Shown piece after piece: positions 54,037-64,000 of a stretch of DNA of 64,000 bases. Under the pieces are notes generated by a model, which saw only the letters and a list, made by a program, of their open reading frames with translations, did no database searches and was not told the origin of the DNA. The position numbers and the translations under genes are program-made. This DNA is from Escherichia coli (lineage in GTDB: Bacteria; Pseudomonadota; Gammaproteobacteria; Enterobacterales; Enterobacteriaceae), in NCBI RefSeq assembly GCF_045037415.1, contig NZ_CP173438.1; one strand, written 5' to 3'. How positions within the stretch are numbered: the first letter of the stretch is position 1; each line of letters begins with the position of its first letter.

Positions 54037-54053
54037 TGTGCACCAGGTGCACA
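54037..54053. promoter_or_regulatory. 17-bp palindrome TGTGCACCAGGTGCACA, candidate MhpR operator in the mhpR-mhpA divergent region
   Basis: Perfect inverted repeat (8-bp arms around a central base) between divergent mhpR and mhpA; consistent with an IclR-type activator site. Confidence 0.55.
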
Positions 54054-54085
54054 ACGTTGTTTTAACTATATAAATGTCAATTAAT

Positions 54086-54919
54086 ATGCAGAACAATGAG
54101 CAGACGGAATACAAAACCGTGCGCGGCTTAACCCGCGGTCTAATGTTATTAAATATGTTAAATAAACTTGATGGCGGTGCCAGCGTCGGGCTGCTGGCGG
54201 AACTCAGCGGCCTGCATCGCACCACTGTGCGGCGACTGCTGGAGACGTTACTGGAAGAGGGATATGTCCGGCGCAGTACCTCCGATGACAGTTTTCGTCT
54301 GACCATCAAAGTGCGGCAATTAAGCGAAGGATTTCGTGACGAACAGTGGATTTCTGCACTGGCGGCCCCGCTGCTGGGCGATCTGTTGCGCGAAGTGGTA
54401 TGGCCGACAGATGTGTCCACGCTGGATGTTGATGCAATGGTGGTACGCGAAACCACCCATCGTTTCAGCCGCTTATCTTTTCACCGGGCAATGGTCGGGC
54501 GACGGTTACCGCTTCTGAAAACCGCCTCGGGCCTGACCTGGCTGGCCTTTTGCCCGGAACAAGAACGCAAGGAATTAATCGAGATGTTAGCCTCCCGCCC
54601 CGGTGATGACTATCAACTGGCACGAGAACCGTTAAAGCTGGAAGCCATTCTGGCGCGCGCGCGCAAAGAGGGGTACGGACAGAACTACCGCGGCTGGGAT
54701 CAGGAGGAGAAGATCGCCTCTATCGCCGTACCGCTGCGCAGTGAACAACGGGTGATTGGCTGTCTGAATCTGGTGTATATGGCGAGCGCAATGACCATCG
54801 AACAGGCAGCGGAAAAGCATCTTCCGGCGCTGCAACGGGTGGCAAAACAGATCGAAGAAGGGGTTGAATCGCAGGCTATTCTGGTAGCGGGAAGGCGAAG
54901 CGGCGTGCATTTACGCTGA
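54086..54919 (+). CDS. mhpR: IclR-family transcriptional activator of the mhp operon, 277 aa
   Basis: ORF 54074..54919; internal Met gives MQNNEQTEYKTVRGLTRGLMLLNMLNKLDGGASVGLLAELSGLHRTTVRRLLETL... Confidence 0.93.
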   Translation: MQNNEQTEYKTVRGLTRGLMLLNMLNKLDGGASVGLLAELSGLHRTTVRRLLETLLEEGYVRRSTSDDSFRLTIKVRQLSEGFRDEQWISALAAPLLGDLLREVVWPTDVSTLDVDAMVVRETTHRFSRLSFHRAMVGRRLPLLKTASGLTWLAFCPEQERKELIEMLASRPGDDYQLAREPLKLEAILARARKEGYGQNYRGWDQEEKIASIAVPLRSEQRVIGCLNLVYMASAMTIEQAAEKHLPALQRVAKQIEEGVESQAILVAGRRSGVHLR

Positions 54920-54995
54920 CACCATCGAATGGCGCAAAACCTTTCGTGGTATGGCATGATAGCGCCCGGAAGAGAGTCAATTCAGGGTGGTGAAT

Positions 54996-56078
54996 GTGAA
55001 ACCAGTAACGCTATACGATGTCGCAGAGTATGCCGGTGTCTCTTATCAGACCGTTTCCCGCGTGGTGAACCAGGCCTGCCACGTTTCAGCGAAAACGCGG
55101 GAAAAAGTGGAAGCGGCGATGGCGGAGCTGAATTACATTCCCAACCGCGTGGCACAACAACTGGCGGGCAAACAGTCGTTGCTGATTGGCGTTGCCACTT
55201 CCAGTCTGGCCCTGCACGCGCCGTCGCAAATTGTTGCGGCGATAAAATCTCGCGCCGATCAACTGGGTGCCAGCGTGGTGGTGTCGATGGTAGAACGAAG
55301 CGGCGTCGAAGCCTGTAAAGCGGCGGTGCACAATCTTCTCGCGCAACGCGTCAGTGGGCTGATCATTAACTATCCGCTGGATGACCAGGATGCCATTGCT
55401 GTGGAAGCTGCCTGCGCTAATGTTCCGGCGTTATTTCTTGATGTCTCTGACCAGACTCCCATCAACAGTATTATTTTCTCCCATGAAGACGGTACGCGAC
55501 TGGGCGTGGAGCACCTGGTCGCATTGGGTCACCAGCAAATCGCGCTGTTAGCAGGCCCATTAAGTTCTGTCTCGGCGCGTCTGCGTCTGGCGGGCTGGCA
55601 TAAATATCTCACACGCAATCAAATTCAGCCGATAACAGAACGGGAAGGCGACTGGAGTGCCATGTCCGGTTTTCAACAAACCATGCAAATGCTAAATGAG
55701 GGCATCGTTCCCACTGCGATGCTGGTTGCCAACGATCAGATGGCGCTGGGCGCAATGCGCGCCATTACCGAGTCCGGGCTGCGCGTTGGTGCGGATATCT
55801 CGGTAGTGGGATACGACGATACCGAAGACAGCTCGTGTTATATCCCGCCGTTAACCACCATCAAACAGGATTTTCGCCTGCTGGGGCAAACCAGCGTGGA
55901 CCGCTTGCTGCAACTCTCTCAGGGCCAGGCGGTGAAGGGCAATCAGCTGTTGCCCGTCTCACTGGTGAAAAGAAAAACCACCCTTCCGCCCAATACGCAA
56001 ACCGCCTCTCCCCGCGCGTTGGCCGATTCATTAATGCAGCTGGCACGACAAGTTTCCCGACTGGAAAGCGGGCAGTGA
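54996..56078 (+). CDS. lacI: Lactose operon repressor, 360 aa, GTG start
   Basis: Reading from the GTG at 54996 gives (M)KPVTLYDVAEYAGVSYQTVSRVVNQ...VSRLESGQ, the LacI sequence; ORF track starts 9 bp upstream. Confidence 0.97.
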   Translation: MKPVTLYDVAEYAGVSYQTVSRVVNQACHVSAKTREKVEAAMAELNYIPNRVAQQLAGKQSLLIGVATSSLALHAPSQIVAAIKSRADQLGASVVVSMVERSGVEACKAAVHNLLAQRVSGLIINYPLDDQDAIAVEAACANVPALFLDVSDQTPINSIIFSHEDGTRLGVEHLVALGHQQIALLAGPLSSVSARLRLAGWHKYLTRNQIQPITEREGDWSAMSGFQQTMQMLNEGIVPTAMLVANDQMALGAMRAITESGLRVGADISVVGYDDTEDSSCYIPPLTTIKQDFRLLGQTSVDRLLQLSQGQAVKGNQLLPVSLVKRKTTLPPNTQTASPRALADSLMQLARQVSRLESGQ

Positions 56079-56091
56079 GCGCAACACAATT
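56071..56091. promoter_or_regulatory. lac auxiliary operator O3
   Basis: GGCAGTGAGCGCAACACAATT, centred 92 bp upstream of the O1 centre, overlapping the lacI 3' end; matches O3 with one substitution relative to my memory of K-12. Confidence 0.7.
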
Positions 56092-56114
56092 AATGTGAGT
56101 CAGCTCACTCATTA
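56091..56114. promoter_or_regulatory. CRP (CAP) binding site of the lac promoter
   Basis: TAATGTGAGTCAGCTCACTCATTA: TGTGA-N6-TCACT palindrome-like CRP site. Confidence 0.85.
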
Positions 56115-56126
56115 GGCACCCCAGTC

Positions 56127-56156
56127 TTTACACTCTATGTGTCCGGCTCGTATGTT
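56127..56156 (+). promoter_or_regulatory. lac promoter -35 (TTTACA) and -10 (TATGTT) hexamers
   Basis: TTTACA at 56127..56132 and TATGTT at 56151..56156 with 18-bp spacer, as in the lacP1 promoter. Confidence 0.85.
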
Positions 56157-56162
56157 GTGTGA

Positions 56163-59275
<3,113 letters not shown>

Positions 59276-59281
59276 TAATAA

Positions 59282-60580
<1,299 letters not shown>

Positions 60581-60589
60581 GCAATCAAT

Positions 60590-60620
60590 GTCGGATGCGG
60601 CGCGAGCGCCTTATCCGACC
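60590..60620. repeat. REP palindromic element between lacY and lacA
   Basis: GTCGGATGCGGCGCGAGCGCCTTATCCGACC (inverted repeat GTCGGAT...ATCCGAC). Confidence 0.7.
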
Positions 60621-60645
60621 AACATATCAGGGCGGAATGATCGCA

Positions 60646-61257
60646 ATGAACATGTCGATGACAGAAAGAATAAAAGCAGGCAAGCTATTTACCGATATGT
60701 GCGAAGGCTTACCTGAAAAAAGACTTCGTGGAAAAACGTTAATGTATGAGTTTAATCACTCGCATCCATCAGAATTTGAAAAAAGGGAAAGTCTGATTAA
60801 AGAAATGTTTGCCACGGTAGGGGAAAACGCCTGGGTAGACCCCCCCGTCTATTTCTCTTACGGTTCCAACATCCATATAGGCCGCAATTTTTATGCAAAT
60901 TTCAATTTAACCATTGTCGACGACTACACGGTAACGATCGGTGATAACGTACTGATTGCACCCAACGTTACTCTTTCCGTTACGGGACACCCGGTACACC
61001 ATGAATTGAGAAAAAACGGAGAGATGTACTCTTTTCCGATAACGATTGGCAATAACGTCTGGATCGGATGTCATGTGGTTATTAATCCAGGCATCACCAT
61101 CGGGGATAATTCTGTTATTGGCGCGGGTAGTGTCGTCACAAAAGACATTCCACCAAACGTCGTGGCTGCAGGCGTTCCTTGTCGGGTTATTCGCGAAATA
61201 AACGACCGGGATAAGCAATATTATTTCAAAGATTTTAAAGTTGAGTCTTCAGTTTAA
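60646..61257 (+). CDS. lacA: Galactoside O-acetyltransferase (hexapeptide-repeat), 203 aa
   Basis: ORF 60595..61257; internal Met gives MNMSMTERIKAGKLFTDMCEGLPEKRLRGKTLMYEFNHSHPSEFEKRESLIKEMFATVG... Confidence 0.95.
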   Translation: MNMSMTERIKAGKLFTDMCEGLPEKRLRGKTLMYEFNHSHPSEFEKRESLIKEMFATVGENAWVDPPVYFSYGSNIHIGRNFYANFNLTIVDDYTVTIGDNVLIAPNVTLSVTGHPVHHELRKNGEMYSFPITIGNNVWIGCHVVINPGITIGDNSVIGAGSVVTKDIPPNVVAAGVPCRVIREINDRDKQYYFKDFKVESSV

Positions 61258-61269
61258 ATAAGCAAAATT

Positions 61270-61350
61270 GCCTGATGCGCTCCGCTTATCAGGCCTACAA
61301 TTTCAGTGATCTACGTAGGCCGGATAAGGTGTTCACGCCGCATCCGGCAT
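61270..61350. repeat. REP/BIME palindromic element cluster filling the lacA-codA gap
   Basis: GCCTGATGCGCTCCGCTTATCAGGCCTAC...GTAGGCCGGATAAGGTGTTCACGCCGCATCCGGCAT: two oppositely oriented REP units between the convergent lacA and codA stops. Confidence 0.75.
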
Positions 61351-61377
61351 AAACTACGCTCGCGGTAACCCAGCCGA

Positions 61378-62661
61378 TTACCGTTTGTAATCGATGGCTT
61401 CTGGCTGCTCCAGATATACGGTGGTTTGTGCCGGTTTTGTGCTGGCAATCACCTTGCCGCCACGTACCGAATAGCGCACCGGAACCTGACGGCGCAGCGC
61501 GTCAAACCCATTTTCAGCCGGCAGGATAATCAGGTTGGCGCTGTTTCCGGCGGCAATGCCGTAATCCTGCAAATTCAACGTTCTGGCACTGTGGTGGGTG
61601 ATTAAATTCAGGCCGTCGTTAATCTGCCCATAGCCCATCAGCTGGCAAACATGCAGCCCCATATGCAGCACTTGCAGCATATTCGCCGTTCCCAGCGGAT
61701 ACCACGGATCGAAGACATCATCGTGACCAAAGCAGACGTTAATGCCGGACTCCAGCATCTCTTTAACGCGCGTGATGCCGCGACGTTTTGGATACGTATC
61801 GAAACGTCCTTGCAGATGAATATTGACCAACGGGTTGGCGACAAAGTTAATACCGGACATTTTCAGCAAACGAAACAGGCGCGAAGTATACGCCCCGTTA
61901 TAGGAGTGCATTGCCGTAGTATGGCTGGCGGTGACTCGCGCGCCCATGCCTTCACGGTGCGCCAGGGCAGCAACGGTTTCGACAAAGCGTGATTGCTCAT
62001 CATCAATCTCGTCACAGTGAACATCGATGAGACGGTCGTATTTTTGCGCCAGGGCGAAGGTTTTATGCAGCGACTCCACGCCATATTCACGGGTAAATTC
62101 AAAATGCGGAATCGCCCCAACAACGTCTGCCCCTAAGCGTAACGCCTCTTCCAGCAACGCTTCACCATTGGGATACGACAAAATCCCTTCCTGCGGGAAG
62201 GCGACGATTTGTAGATCAATCCACGGCGCAACTTCCTGTTTCACTTCCAGCATTGCTTTCAGCGCAGTCAGCGTTGCGTCCGAAACATCGACATGGGTAC
62301 GCACATGCTGAATGCCGTTGGCAATCTGCCATTTCAGCGTTTGCCATGCGCGTTGTTTCACATCGTCATGAGTTAATAACGCTTTGCGCTCGGCCCAGCG
62401 TTCAATGCCTTCAAACAGCGTGCCGGACTGATTCCAGTTCGGTTGTCCGGCGGTTTGCGTGGTGTCCAGGTGAATATGCGGCTCCACAAACGGCGGTAAA
62501 ACTAAACCTTGTTCGGCATCCAGGCTGTTTTCAGTTACGGGCATCACGCCGGATTGCGCATCAATGGCGCTGATTTTTCCGTCGTGAAAATGAATCTGCC
62601 ACAGCCCCTCTTTGCCGGGTAACCGGGCGTTAATAATTGTTTGTAAAGCATTATTCGACAC
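61378..62661 (-). CDS. codA: Cytosine deaminase, 427 aa, GTG start
   Basis: ORF 61378..62676; reading from the GTG at 62661 gives [72 protein letters not shown]...; overlaps the codB 3' end by 11 bp. Confidence 0.96.
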   Translation of the reverse strand: MSNNALQTIINARLPGKEGLWQIHFHDGKISAIDAQSGVMPVTENSLDAEQGLVLPPFVEPHIHLDTTQTAGQPNWNQSGTLFEGIERWAERKALLTHDDVKQRAWQTLKWQIANGIQHVRTHVDVSDATLTALKAMLEVKQEVAPWIDLQIVAFPQEGILSYPNGEALLEEALRLGADVVGAIPHFEFTREYGVESLHKTFALAQKYDRLIDVHCDEIDDEQSRFVETVAALAHREGMGARVTASHTTAMHSYNGAYTSRLFRLLKMSGINFVANPLVNIHLQGRFDTYPKRRGITRVKEMLESGINVCFGHDDVFDPWYPLGTANMLQVLHMGLHVCQLMGYGQINDGLNLITHHSARTLNLQDYGIAAGNSANLIILPAENGFDALRRQVPVRYSVRGGKVIASTKPAQTTVYLEQPEAIDYKR

Positions 62662-63910
62662 TGTTAGCCTCCACATGCGTCATTGCTGCTGTCGTTTTAC
62701 GATTCAAAATCGGGTTAAGGATCAGATAGCTCAGCGCGCCACCTAATACCGCGTTGACCGGAACAATTCCCGGTAACCAGTGGCCTGCGGCAATCCCCAG
62801 CGCGACAGCCAGAATCGCCACCCAATTGACACTCATCATACGCGTGGTCGCAAAGTGCTCATAGCGGCGACGGTTCATCAGATAATCAGCGATGATCACG
62901 CCGCCCACCGGAGGAATAGCTGCCGAAAGGAAGGTCAACCAGCCGACAAAATTGTTATACAGCCATAATGCGCAGACCGTACCGATAATACCGTTAATCA
63001 CCGAAAGGGTTTTGCTCGACATACCGGTAATGTTGGCGAAACCTAAACCCGACGCATAGAGCGCGTTATCGTTGGTGGTCCAGATATTCAGCCCCAGCAC
63101 CACAATCGCAGGCAGCAGCAGGCCCTGAGCAATCATCACATCAGAGATATCCGCCATCCCCAGTGCCGCCGCGCCCGCTGCACCGAAAATAAACATCAAC
63201 GAGTTGCCGAGGAAAAAGGCCACCATCGCCACCAGCACCGCCAGTTTGGCATTACGACCAAACCGGACAAAGTCAGCGGTGAGCGTGCCCGCACTGATAA
63301 ATGACCCCACAACCAGCGCCAGCGCGACATTGAAATCTAACGGTTGTGCGGGAACGACCGCTTTTAATGCGTCCAGGCCGCCCATGCCGTTAACGGCCAG
63401 CCACACGGAATAACCGCCAAGACAGGCGATAGCCGGAACCGCAATCACCGAAAGAACTGTCAGCGCCGAAATGCCAAAGAAGACGGTGACGGTCATCAGT
63501 AAACCGGAGACGGCAATCAGCAAATTAATATCCAGCCCGGTTGCCTTGCCCACCGGAATAGCAAACATCGCCACGCCAACGCCAAACCAGCCAACCTGGG
63601 TGCCGCCCAGCAGCAGTGAAGGCAACCATGAGCCTTTAACACCAAACGAGAAGCGAGCAAGAAGATGGGTGGTCAGGCCGGTTTTTGCGCCAATGTAACC
63701 AAGAAATGAAGTGTAAATACCGAGGAGAAGATTACCGATGAGAACTGCGAGGAAGAAATCATGATAGCTAAGACCGGTTCCGAGAGTGCCGCCGGTCCAC
63801 ATACTGGCGGAAAAGAAGGTTAATCCCAGCATGACGAACGTCAATGCCAATACCCCTTTCCGCGCCGACTGCGGGACTGGCCCCTGGCTAAAGTTGTTAT
63901 CTTGCGACAC
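62651..63910 (-). CDS. codB: Cytosine permease (NCS1 family), 419 aa
   Basis: ORF translation [64 protein letters not shown]...; the first codon reads GTG in this sequence. Confidence 0.96.
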   Translation of the reverse strand: MSQDNNFSQGPVPQSARKGVLALTFVMLGLTFFSASMWTGGTLGTGLSYHDFFLAVLIGNLLLGIYTSFLGYIGAKTGLTTHLLARFSFGVKGSWLPSLLLGGTQVGWFGVGVAMFAIPVGKATGLDINLLIAVSGLLMTVTVFFGISALTVLSVIAVPAIACLGGYSVWLAVNGMGGLDALKAVVPAQPLDFNVALALVVGSFISAGTLTADFVRFGRNAKLAVLVAMVAFFLGNSLMFIFGAAGAAALGMADISDVMIAQGLLLPAIVVLGLNIWTTNDNALYASGLGFANITGMSSKTLSVINGIIGTVCALWLYNNFVGWLTFLSAAIPPVGGVIIADYLMNRRRYEHFATTRMMSVNWVAILAVALGIAAGHWLPGIVPVNAVLGGALSYLILNPILNRKTTAAMTHVEANSVE

Positions 63911-63976
63911 GAAATTCCCCCTTTTTGCTGTTTGAAACCCAAAAAATCCGCCGCATTCTATTCATCTGAAGATAAA

Positions 63977-63992
63977 AAGCAATCGTTTTCGT
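63977..63992. promoter_or_regulatory. PurR-box-like palindrome (AAGCAATCGTTTTCGT) upstream of codB
   Basis: 15 of 16 matches to the PurR operator consensus ANGCAAACGTTTNCNT, about 70 bp upstream of the codB start at the window edge; codBA is a known PurR target. Confidence 0.45.
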
Positions 63993-64000
63993 ATGGGGAT

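Overview
This window reads as an Escherichia coli core-chromosome segment, colinear (in reverse-complement orientation) with the K-12 secD-to-codB interval. I see no previously undescribed system here: every ORF longer than about 100 aa is accounted for by a well-known gene, judged from the translated ORFs against remembered K-12 proteins, with no database search run. About 58 protein-coding genes are present: secD (partial), yajC, tgt, queA, acpH, malZ, proY, brnQ, phoBR, sbcDC, araJ, mak, rdgC, ppnP, aroM-yaiA-aroL, yaiI, proC, dgcC, psiF, phoA, iraP, ddlA, yaiZ/Y/W, sbmA, ampH, yaiV, yaiT, hemB, tauABCD, frmRAB, yaiL, mhpR plus mhpABCDFE-mhpT, lacI-lacZYA and codBA. I recognise no rRNA, tRNA, CRISPR array, IS element, integrase or phage genes. 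Recognisable regulatory sites include the Pho boxes of phoB and phoA, the full lac control region (O3, CAP site, -35/-10, O1, O2), the FrmR and MhpR operator palindromes, TyrR/TrpR-like boxes upstream of aroL and a PurR-like box upstream of codB. REP/BIME palindromes fill several intergenic gaps. The most notable observations are differences from the K-12 reference map as I remember it: yaiT is an intact 995-aa autotransporter ORF, codA sits 120 bp from lacA with no cynRTSX, and tauA and frmR are only about 300 bp apart. The lac control region carries several base substitutions relative to the canonical K-12 sequence, so this is a natural non-K-12 strain.
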